DNA of 60,224 nucleotides, counting the filler. It is 3 parts of 3 records of this genome, joined end to end, with 100 filler letters (N's around TTAATTAATTAA, not from the genome) between each part and the next. Parts side by side here need not be neighbours in the genome. Positions count along the whole stretch, not along the records: positions 1 to 26,014 come from DRR723986_60355; 2 more parts are not named here. One strand, 5' to 3'. This document shows, in pieces, positions 10,702 to 18,857 of this stretch; the first letter of the stretch is position 1; every line of letters starts with the position of its first letter. The position numbers and the translations under genes were made by a program. Below the pieces are notes generated by a model. It made no database searches and was not told the origin of the DNA. It was given only the letters and a program-made list of their open reading frames with translations.

Positions 10702-10799
10702 GGATGAAATATTTTTTAGCAATTTAATGCAAAAATTGCACTTGTTATAAATTGCCACATAAATTATACCAATAATAGGATTGTATTGAAAAAACATAA

Positions 10800-10807
10800 T
10801 ATTTTTG
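10800..10807 (+). promoter_or_regulatory. -7 promoter element of thiL (probably leaderless transcript)
   Basis: TATTTTTG ends 4 nt before the ATG at 10812. Confidence 0.6.
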
Positions 10808-10811
10808 CAGT

Positions 10812-11858
10812 ATGTTAGAAGATAAGAACCCACAACGTACTCCTTTGAGTGAATTAGGAGAATTTAAGTTAATAGAACACTTAACTGAGAATTTTAAAGT
10901 CACACAAAAAACAACGATAAAAAGTATTGGAGATGATGCTGCCGTATTAAATTACTCTAGTAAGAATGTTGTTGTTTCTACCGATTTATTGGTTGAAGGT
11001 GTTCATTTTGATTTGAGTTATGTGCCATTAAAACATTTGGGTTACAAGGCGGTAATTGTTAATCTTTCAGATATATATGCTATGAATGCTATGGCGACTC
11101 AAGTAACTATATCTATTGCTGTATCTAATCGCTTTCCGCTAGAAGCTTTGGAAGAATTATATGCCGGCATCGAAACAGCGGCAAGATTATATAATGTGGA
11201 CGTTGTTGGTGGAGATACAACCTCATCAACATCTGGTCTAATAATTTCCGTTACTGCTATTGGTGAAGTAGACAAAGGAAATGAAGTGTTGAGATCTGGC
11301 GCTAAGCCAAATGACTTATTGGTAATGACAGGAGATATAGGTGGTGCTTACATGGGATTACAAGTATTAGAGCGCGAAAAAGAAGTGTTTAAGGTTAATC
11401 CTAATAATCAACCAGATCTTTCGATGTATACGTATATAGTAGAACGTCAGTTAAAACCAGAAGCACGAAAAGATATTGTAGAGTTACTGAAACAATTAGA
11501 TGTAAAACCCACGAGTATGATTGATATTAGTGACGGCTTATCGTCTGAAGTGATTCATTTATGCAAGCAAAGTAAGGTAGGTGTTGATGTTTATGAAACC
11601 AAAATCCCTCTAGACCCACAAGTTATTTCTACATGCGAAGAATTTAATATAGATAGCACGACTATTGCTTTAAATGGAGGTGAGGATTATGAGTTGTTAA
11701 TGACTATTTCTCAGGAAGATTATCCAAAAATAAAAGGAAACCCAAATTTAACAGTAATAGGTTATATGACTGAGGAAGCGAATGGAATGCACTTAGTAAC
11801 TAGAGCAGAAGAGAAAATTCCAATTATTGCAAAAGGTTGGAATGCGCTTAAGGATTAA
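10812..11858 (+). CDS. thiL: Thiamine-monophosphate kinase
   Basis: LGEFKLI, IGDDAAV, NLSDIYAM, VGGDTT, MIDISDGL, GGEDYEL. Confidence 0.95.
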   Translation: MLEDKNPQRTPLSELGEFKLIEHLTENFKVTQKTTIKSIGDDAAVLNYSSKNVVVSTDLLVEGVHFDLSYVPLKHLGYKAVIVNLSDIYAMNAMATQVTISIAVSNRFPLEALEELYAGIETAARLYNVDVVGGDTTSSTSGLIISVTAIGEVDKGNEVLRSGAKPNDLLVMTGDIGGAYMGLQVLEREKEVFKVNPNNQPDLSMYTYIVERQLKPEARKDIVELLKQLDVKPTSMIDISDGLSSEVIHLCKQSKVGVDVYETKIPLDPQVISTCEEFNIDSTTIALNGGEDYELLMTISQEDYPKIKGNPNLTVIGYMTEEANGMHLVTRAEEKIPIIAKGWNALKD

Positions 11859-12078
11859 CCATAAAAAGTTTCTGACTTCTTTCCAGGCGTTTTTTATGAA
11901 CGCGATTTAAAACAGAATTAATTTCTATGAATTTTGGAGTTAAAGGAATCAATTTACCATTGCCGTCTATTGTCATTTCAGACTTGCAATTTTTGCACTT
12001 GTACTCTTTAACATGGTACGTTACATTTTTTGACACCTGGTAGTCGTGACCAATTAGCGAGCAGTAAACATTTTTCAT
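11848..12078 (-). CDS. Small Cys/His protein (DUF1660-like), paralog 2
   Basis: YCSLIGHDY...KEYKCKNCK...DGNGKL..LTPK. Confidence 0.8.
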   Translation of the reverse strand: MKNVYCSLIGHDYQVSKNVTYHVKEYKCKNCKSEMTIDGNGKLIPLTPKFIEINSVLNRVHKKRLERSQKLFMVNP

Positions 12079-12158
12079 TCTAAACTTATCTTCTTATGGG
12101 ATTAAAGTGATAGGTACTTTAAATATAAGAAAATGAGTTATTCACAAGTTATGAACAA

Positions 12159-12401
12159 TTAATAAATCGATGAACTGAGTCTTTTTTGCTGTAAACGCAT
12201 CAATTTATTATTGTAGAGACGTTCTAATGCAGAATTTATTTCTTGATATTTTGGTGTTAATTCAATGAGTTTTCCATTGCTATTTGTAGTCAACTGCTTT
12301 TTACAACATTTACAGGTATACTCTTTTACGTGCTTGGTTACTTTTTTAGTTACTTTATAATTATGACCAAAGAAGTCGCAGTAGATTTTGGTAGGTGTCA
12401 T
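12159..12401 (-). CDS. Small Cys/His protein (DUF1660-like), paralog 3
   Basis: YCDFFGHNY...KEYTCKCCK...NSNGKL..LTPK; tandem with paralog 2. Confidence 0.8.
   Translation of the reverse strand: MTPTKIYCDFFGHNYKVTKKVTKHVKEYTCKCCKKQLTTNSNGKLIELTPKYQEINSALERLYNNKLMRLQQKRLSSSIY
12167..12177 (-). promoter_or_regulatory. Shared upstream motif TCGATRAAMYG, copy 2 (inside 3' end of paralog 3)
   Basis: TCGATGAACTG, about 40 nt upstream of TATATTTA (12120-12127, minus strand). Confidence 0.5.
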
Positions 12402-12480
12402 GGTAGATTTGTTTTAGTATATCATTTTTCTTTGAGATGATAAACTTAGAAAAAAAAGACACAAAAAACGTTTAAAGTAG

Positions 12481-13257
12481 TTATTTTTCGATAAAACGTA
12501 ATAAAAAGTAAGATAATTCTGATTTATTCTCAATATGACTCATATGCCCTTCCGATAATTCTACATATTCAATTTCGGTATTTTCAACTTTGCGAGTCAT
12601 TTTTCCACAGTCCACTAAAGTATCTTTTTTGCCTACAATTAAAAGCTTTCGGCCTTTAATAGCCTTAAAAACATTAAACCGATTAGGCCTTAATTTCATA
12701 CCTTCTTGTGCAGCGATGTATCCTTGTACTGATGTATTAAGAGCAGTTTGAAGCGCAACTTCAAAGTCGAATTTAAAACTGAGTCTACTTTCTGGTGCAA
12801 ACAGATTGGCAAAGGACATACGCACTAAACTCTCATAGTTTGTTTTTGCCATTTCATTGGCTCTGCTTCGTAATGGTTTTTTATCAGCGTCATCAGCTTC
12901 AAACGTAGAATTCATTAAACACAAACTATCAAAAAGTTGAGGTTGTAGTTCAGCTAAAGCTAAAGCCACATAACCTCCCATAGAATGTCCAATAAAACTG
13001 GCTTTTTCAATTTTAAGATGATTCAAAACAGCAAAAACGGCATCAGCCATCTCTTCCATGGTATGCACATATCCTATACAATCGGTTTTCCCATGACCCA
13101 ATAAGTCAATGCAAACTACCTGATGACTTCTTGAAAATTCAGGCACTAAATCCTTCCACATGTCTACGGTTTCCAAAAATCCATGTAACAATACTAAAGC
13201 AGGTCCTTTTCCAGAAACCGTATAATGAATAGAGCCGTTTTTATAATCTAGAATCAT
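12481..13257 (-). CDS. Alpha/beta fold hydrolase
   Basis: LLHGF, IDLLGHG, GHSMGG nucleophile elbow, GHMSH; ATG at 13257 sits 5 nt after a TATCTTTG element. Confidence 0.9.
   Translation of the reverse strand: MILDYKNGSIHYTVSGKGPALVLLHGFLETVDMWKDLVPEFSRSHQVVCIDLLGHGKTDCIGYVHTMEEMADAVFAVLNHLKIEKASFIGHSMGGYVALALAELQPQLFDSLCLMNSTFEADDADKKPLRSRANEMAKTNYESLVRMSFANLFAPESRLSFKFDFEVALQTALNTSVQGYIAAQEGMKLRPNRFNVFKAIKGRKLLIVGKKDTLVDCGKMTRKVENTEIEYVELSEGHMSHIENKSELSYFLLRFIEK
12488..12498 (-). promoter_or_regulatory. Shared upstream motif TCGATRAAMYG, copy 3 (inside 3' end of hydrolase gene)
   Basis: TCGATAAAACG, about 40 nt upstream of TAAGTTTA (12441-12448, minus strand). Confidence 0.5.
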
Positions 13258-13262
13258 AAATA

Positions 13263-13322
13263 CAAAGATATATTTTGAAAGTGTTATTAAGACGTATTCA
13301 TCCCTAACATTTATTATATTTG
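13263..13322. promoter_or_regulatory. Divergent -7 promoter elements
   Basis: TATCTTTG on minus strand (13263-13270) and TATATTTG on plus strand (13315-13322). Confidence 0.55.
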
Positions 13323-13350
13323 AAACCATTCAAATAAAATCCATCACCTT

Positions 13351-14901
13351 ATGATTTTAAAACGTCTTCTCATCCTAATATTTTGTTTGGGATTAACGAT
13401 TGTTAATGCTCAAATTGAAGAAGCAGAACTCGATAATCTCATTAAAGAAACCTTATCCACATTTGATGTGCCTGGTATTTCTGTTGGCATTTTTAAAGAT
13501 GGTAAAGAAGTCTATGCCAAAGGTCATGGAGTGCGTTCATTGACCATAAAAAAGGATATGAATTCTGAAACTTTAGTAGGTGTAGCATCCAACAGTAAAG
13601 GTTTTACTTGTTTTGCTTTGGCAATGATGGTAGATGCCGGAAAGCTGAATTGGGACGATCCTGTTCGTAAGCATATTCCAGAATTTCAATTACACGATCC
13701 TTGGGTGACTGAGAATTTTACCGTTAGAGATTTAGTAACACACCGAAGTGGTATGGGATTAGGTGCTGGCGATTTAATGTTCTTTCCTGAAGGCAATGAT
13801 TTTGATGTCGATGATGTGATTAATAACGTTAAATACTTAGAACCTGAAACCTCTTTTAGAAGCACGTTCGCCTATAATAACAATATGTTCATCATTGCTG
13901 GTGAAGTGTTGAAGCGTGTGAGTGGTTTGTCTTGGGAAGCGTTTATCGAAACCAAGATTATGAAACCTGTTGGAATGAAAAATTCCAAAGCGTCATATAA
14001 TAGAGTCACTGATAAATCAAATATCATTGATGCGCATACCAGAGCAGAAGGTAAGGTCATTCAAATTCCGCACGATTGGAGTGAAACGGCAAATGCTGCA
14101 GGAGGTATTGTGAGTAATGTTCATGATATGATGACCTGGGCGAAGTTCTTAATGAATGATGCGGTGACTGAAAACGGAGAACGATTGTTGGACAAAAACT
14201 TGTTTCATGAGTTATGGCAATTGCAAACTCCGTTAACAGTACGTCCTGGTGACTGGTACAATTCTAATTTTAGAGGTTACGGTTTGGGTTGGTTTGTCAC
14301 TGATGTAAAAGGTGGACATAAGCAAGTCTATCATACAGGAGGCTTATTAGGAACAGTGACGCAATTTACCATGATTCCAGATTTAGATTTAGCCATTGTG
14401 GTGTTAACCAATCAAATGAATGGTTCGGCATTTAATACCATTACCAATACCATTAAAGATTCCTATTTAGGATATGAAAACCGGAATTGGTTAGAAAATT
14501 ACGGCAAGCGAAATACAGAATATTTAAAGTACAATGACAGCATCAAGGCAGCTGTGTACACTAAGGCAGCAAAAATGAAAGGCGATACCACATTGCCAAA
14601 ACCAGAGCAAATTGTTGGTACTTATACAGACGATTGGTTTGGAGATATTAGCATTTCTCATGATGGAAAAGGTTATAGAATAAAATGCATCCGTTCTCCT
14701 CGATTGTTTGGCGAATTGTTGCCTTACAATGCCACGACGTTTGTGACGAAGTGGAATGACAGAAGTTATGATGCTGATGTGTTTGTACAGTTTATCTTTA
14801 ATGAAAAAGGCGAAACGGTTTCAGCAAGCATGAAATACATTGCTCCAATCACCGATTTTAGTTTCGATTTTCAGGATTTAGAACTTGTAAAGACCAATTA
14901 A
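13351..14901 (+). CDS. Serine hydrolase, beta-lactamase class C-like with C-terminal DUF3471-like domain
   Basis: Signal peptide; SNSK (SxxK), YNN (YxN), HTG motifs; LVTHRSG. Confidence 0.88.
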   Translation: MILKRLLILIFCLGLTIVNAQIEEAELDNLIKETLSTFDVPGISVGIFKDGKEVYAKGHGVRSLTIKKDMNSETLVGVASNSKGFTCFALAMMVDAGKLNWDDPVRKHIPEFQLHDPWVTENFTVRDLVTHRSGMGLGAGDLMFFPEGNDFDVDDVINNVKYLEPETSFRSTFAYNNNMFIIAGEVLKRVSGLSWEAFIETKIMKPVGMKNSKASYNRVTDKSNIIDAHTRAEGKVIQIPHDWSETANAAGGIVSNVHDMMTWAKFLMNDAVTENGERLLDKNLFHELWQLQTPLTVRPGDWYNSNFRGYGLGWFVTDVKGGHKQVYHTGGLLGTVTQFTMIPDLDLAIVVLTNQMNGSAFNTITNTIKDSYLGYENRNWLENYGKRNTEYLKYNDSIKAAVYTKAAKMKGDTTLPKPEQIVGTYTDDWFGDISISHDGKGYRIKCIRSPRLFGELLPYNATTFVTKWNDRSYDADVFVQFIFNEKGETVSASMKYIAPITDFSFDFQDLELVKTN

Positions 14902-16178
14902 TGAGCGATACTAAAAGAATCTTTCTATTTGGGTTTGCATTATTTGCAGGTTTTTTTGGAGCAGGAAATTTAATTCTACCACCATTTTTAGGTTTTAATT
15001 CGGGTTCAGATTGGTGGTTGGTAGCTATTGGGTTTTTAGTGACTACAACTGTAATTCCCATGCTATCACTTTTTGGGCATGCCAAATTGCAAGGATCTAT
15101 GTTAGATTTTGGCAAAAAAGTATCGCCAAAATTTAGTTTGGTGTATTGCCTCGTCATGTTTTTGATCATTATTGTTCTACCTGCACCACGAACGGCAGCC
15201 GTAACGCACGAAATGGCCATAGGGCCACTGTTTGGCACATCACCACTTCTAACCAGTTGCATTTACTTTGTGTTGGTCCTCGTTTTTGTCTTAAACCGAT
15301 CTAAAGCTTTAAACCTATTAGGTAAATTTTTAACACCCATTATCGTCATTATGGTGTTAACCATTGTAGTCTTAGGTGTAGTGTCACCACCAGAGCTCAT
15401 GCGCGTCAGTAAATTTGAAACACCGATTATTGATGGCTTACTCGAAGGGTATCAAACCTATGATGCTATAGCAGGAATCCTTATGGGAGGATTCATTATT
15501 ATGTCATTGAACAAGAATGAGCTAATGAGCTATGCAGAAAAGAAGATCATTATAGCTAAGTCAGGTGCTATTGCCATGTTTGGGCTTTTTGTGATTTATG
15601 TGGGACTTATTGCTTTAGGAGCATTTTATAGTGAAACCTTTTCTGATGATATCACCAGAACCGATTTGTTATTGGGCTTATCCCAGCGTATGTTAGGAGA
15701 TATTGGAGGCACTTTTGTAAGTGTTTTAGTGGCTTTAGCATGCTTTACAACAGCAGTAGCCATAGTAGTATCACTGGCAGATTTCTTTAAAGCCTTGTAT
15801 CCGCAAAAAGAAAATATCTATACCCATATCGCTATCATTTGTTGTATTGTAGGAGTTGTAATGGGAAGTTATGATGTTGGTTTTATTATAGATATTGCCA
15901 TACCAGCATTACTATTAATTTACCCTATTTCTATAGCCTTAATACTTTTAAATATTCTACCAGACCAATGGGCAACAACAATGGTGTCTAGAGCTGTGGT
16001 GATTACTGCGTTTGTATTTAGCATTCCAGATGTCCTAGGTTATTTTTTACCCAAAGAAAGTTTACAACCAATTGTTGAGCTTATTCCTTTAGCAAAATAC
16101 AGTTTAGGTTGGGTTTTACCTGCAATAGTGGTCTTTGTTATTTCAACTTTAGTGCAATCTAAAAAAGTAAGTGCCTAA
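14901..16178 (+). CDS. brnQ: Branched-chain amino acid transport system II carrier
   Basis: GFALFAGFFGAGNLILPP, PRTA, GYQTYDA, LACFTTA; multi-TM. Confidence 0.92.
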   Translation: MSDTKRIFLFGFALFAGFFGAGNLILPPFLGFNSGSDWWLVAIGFLVTTTVIPMLSLFGHAKLQGSMLDFGKKVSPKFSLVYCLVMFLIIIVLPAPRTAAVTHEMAIGPLFGTSPLLTSCIYFVLVLVFVLNRSKALNLLGKFLTPIIVIMVLTIVVLGVVSPPELMRVSKFETPIIDGLLEGYQTYDAIAGILMGGFIIMSLNKNELMSYAEKKIIIAKSGAIAMFGLFVIYVGLIALGAFYSETFSDDITRTDLLLGLSQRMLGDIGGTFVSVLVALACFTTAVAIVVSLADFFKALYPQKENIYTHIAIICCIVGVVMGSYDVGFIIDIAIPALLLIYPISIALILLNILPDQWATTMVSRAVVITAFVFSIPDVLGYFLPKESLQPIVELIPLAKYSLGWVLPAIVVFVISTLVQSKKVSA

Positions 16179-16879
16179 TGAAGTACATGGGAAGCAAGGC
16201 ACGCTTTGCCAAAGACTTATTGCCTATTATTTTAAAGGATAGGCAACCTAACCAGGTCTATTTAGAACCTTTTGCAGGTGGTATGAACATGATAGACAAG
16301 GTCGATGGTCTCCGTATTGCTAATGACCAACACCAGGAACTCATGGCGATGTGGCAAGCTTTGATTTATGAGCATTGGGATCCACCACAATCGGTAAGTG
16401 AAAACGAGTACAGACATATTAAATACAACCAGGACCAATACCCAAAACATTTGGTGGCATATGTGGGTTTTAATTCTTTTGGTGGCAAATGGTTTGCTGG
16501 TTACCGACGCGATAAGCAAGGCAAAGGCGATTATTGGTCTGAGCATTACCGAAACATTACTAAGCAAGTACCCAACTTAGAAGGTGTACAATTATCCTGT
16601 AAATCTTATTTGGATTTAGATGTTCCTGAAAATAGTATCATCTATTGCGACCCACCTTATGCCGCTACGATCAAATACAGAGATGGTTTTGACAATGACC
16701 AATTTTGGGATTGGTGCAGACAACATAGTAAAGCTGGTCACCAGGTTTTTATAAGTGAATACAATGCACCAGACGACTTTACCTGTATTTGGGAAAAAGG
16801 CGCTAAAACTACCTTTTCATGGCATGCTGAGAATTTATCCACTAAAGAAAGTGTGGAGCGGTTGTTTGTGTTTGACTAA
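16178..16879 (+). CDS. DNA adenine (N6) methyltransferase, Dam/D12-like, orphan
   Basis: KYMGSK, EPFAGG (motif I), IYCDPPY (motif IV), FISEY. Confidence 0.88.
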   Translation: MKYMGSKARFAKDLLPIILKDRQPNQVYLEPFAGGMNMIDKVDGLRIANDQHQELMAMWQALIYEHWDPPQSVSENEYRHIKYNQDQYPKHLVAYVGFNSFGGKWFAGYRRDKQGKGDYWSEHYRNITKQVPNLEGVQLSCKSYLDLDVPENSIIYCDPPYAATIKYRDGFDNDQFWDWCRQHSKAGHQVFISEYNAPDDFTCIWEKGAKTTFSWHAENLSTKESVERLFVFD

Positions 16880-18169
16880 CTAGTTCATCAAATCTTCAAT
16901 TTCCTCAATCTCAATAGGAATATTACGCATCAAATTAAAAGGCTCACCAGAATCTTGTATCACCACATCATCTTCTAAACGAATACCAAAACCTTCGTCT
17001 GGGATATAAATACCAGGCTCTACAGTAAATACCATACTGGCTTGCATCGGTTCGTGCAGTAAACCATAATCGTGCGTGTCTAAACCTATATGGTGTGACG
17101 TGCCATGCATAAAGTATTTTTTATAGGCTGGCCAATCTGGATTTTCGTTTTGTACATCGGCTTTGTCAATAAGGCCAAGACCTAATAATTCAGAAGTCAT
17201 GAGTTTACCAACTTCGATATGGTATTGCTCCCAAAGCGTACCTGGCACCAATAGTTTTGTGGCTGCATCTTTAACACGGTTCACTGCATTATATACCGCT
17301 TTCTGTCTATCCGTAAACTTCCCGGAAACAGGTATGGTACGCGTCATATCACTGGAGTAGTTCGCATACTCAGCACCAACATCCATTAAGATGAGGTCAC
17401 CTGCTTTACACTGTTGGTTGTTTTCTATATAGTGTAAGACATTGGCATTATTTCCTGCGGCAATTATTGGTGTATAAGCAAATCCTTTAGAACGGTTGTT
17501 TAAAAACTCGTGCATAAATTCGGCTTCAATATTGTATTCCCAAACGTCTGGTTTAACAAAATTAAGCACACGTCGAAATCCTTTTTCGGTAATATCACAG
17601 GCCTTTTGTAATAGTTCTAATTCGATCTGGTCTTTTACAGAACGCAGACGTTGCAAAATAGGATTACTCTTGGCAACCTTATGCGCAGGATATTTGTCTT
17701 TTAACCATTTGGTATAACGGTCTTCACGTGTTTCAGTGTCTACATTGGCTCTGTAATGTTCGTTGGTGTTGATATAAACGGTATCACATTGCGTCATGAT
17801 TTCAAACATGATCTTCTCCATATCCTGTAACCAATACACGGTTTTAATGCCGCTTGTTTTTAAAGCCGCATCCTTAGTGAGTTTTTCACCTTCCCAAATG
17901 GCAATATGCTCATTGGTTTCTTTTAAGAATAAAATCTCACGATGCTTTTCTTTTGGACAATCCGGAAATAGGACCAAAATACTTTCTTCCTGATCCACAC
18001 CACTTAAATAAAAAATATCTCTATGCTGCTCAAAAGGCATGGTGCTATCTGCACTAACAGGATAAATATCGTTAGAGTTAAATACCGCCAAACTGTTGGG
18101 CTGCATAAACTTGGTGAAGTTCTTACGGTTTTTTATAAAGAGGTTGCGGTCAATTAAATCGTATTTCAT
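16880..18169 (-). CDS. pepP: Xaa-Pro aminopeptidase (M24B)
   Basis: LMDVGAE..NYSSDMTRT, HGTSHHIGLDTHD, TVEPGIY, GIRLEDD. Confidence 0.9.
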   Translation of the reverse strand: MKYDLIDRNLFIKNRKNFTKFMQPNSLAVFNSNDIYPVSADSTMPFEQHRDIFYLSGVDQEESILVLFPDCPKEKHREILFLKETNEHIAIWEGEKLTKDAALKTSGIKTVYWLQDMEKIMFEIMTQCDTVYINTNEHYRANVDTETREDRYTKWLKDKYPAHKVAKSNPILQRLRSVKDQIELELLQKACDITEKGFRRVLNFVKPDVWEYNIEAEFMHEFLNNRSKGFAYTPIIAAGNNANVLHYIENNQQCKAGDLILMDVGAEYANYSSDMTRTIPVSGKFTDRQKAVYNAVNRVKDAATKLLVPGTLWEQYHIEVGKLMTSELLGLGLIDKADVQNENPDWPAYKKYFMHGTSHHIGLDTHDYGLLHEPMQASMVFTVEPGIYIPDEGFGIRLEDDVVIQDSGEPFNLMRNIPIEIEEIEDLMN

Positions 18170-18305
18170 TTGGAAGGTATTTATTGTTATAATTCGGTCA
18201 AATGTTATGCTTCAATAATTTTTTCAGAATGCGTGATGTTTTAAGTTTTCAGCATTTCATGACTAAATATTTAGAAGTACTCAAAAATACCAATTTGCAA
18301 GGCAT

Positions 18306-18343
18306 AAAAAAAGGCAATCTGTAATAAGATTGCCTTCTTTTTT
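18306..18343 (-). terminator. Intrinsic terminator downstream of 18361-18660
   Basis: AAGGCAATCT-GTAATA-AGATTGCCTT stem flanked by A and T tracts. Confidence 0.75.
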
Positions 18344-18360
18344 AGTTGGTTATGTAAAAG

Positions 18361-18660
18361 TTATTTAGCCATCGCTTTTTTCACCATGCCAATAATAGCC
18401 ATTAAGATACCACCACCGACGCCTCCGCCAGCAACACTTCCTAAAATACTACTTAAATCCATGCTGGTTGATGCTTCTGCGGCCTCAGCGCCTGTAAGAC
18501 CTAACATACCTAATACAGTACCGCCAAGTCCAACTCCGAGAATGCCTACAATAGAATTCCATAAGGTACCTAAAGATGAATTTTTCATGAGTTTGCCAGC
18601 AAGATTTCCACCGACAGCTCCACTAATTAATTGAATAATTAAGGGTAAATACTCTTCCAT
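18361..18660 (-). CDS. Small Gly-rich membrane protein (GlsB/YeaQ/YmgE-like)
   Basis: SGAVGGNLAG...NSIVGILGVGLGG...GGGVGGGIL hydrophobic glycine-zipper helices. Confidence 0.75.
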   Translation of the reverse strand: MEEYLPLIIQLISGAVGGNLAGKLMKNSSLGTLWNSIVGILGVGLGGTVLGMLGLTGAEAAEASTSMDLSSILGSVAGGGVGGGILMAIIGMVKKAMAK

Positions 18661-18857
18661 TATTATAAAAATATATTAGTTAATTAGGCTCAATCTAGTG
18701 AAATATTTTAATAAAATGTTAAAAAAATAATAATAACAAAATAATAGAGTGTAAAAATTACGAATATCATAATTAATTATGAGTGTTAAACTTTAGTTGA
18801 CTTTTTTGAGGATTGTGTCATTATTCATTAATTTCATGCATCTTAAAACTAACCGAC

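Noticed and set aside
10702-10833. N-terminal extension of the choice-of-anchor B ORF overlapping thiL
   Set aside because: ATG at 10701 gives a proper lipoprotein signal, and the extension covers the thiL promoter and start
5734-16879. Prophage suggested by DUF1660-like genes and a Dam-like methylase
   Set aside because: No integrase, structural, terminase or lysis genes; the genes are interspersed with housekeeping loci
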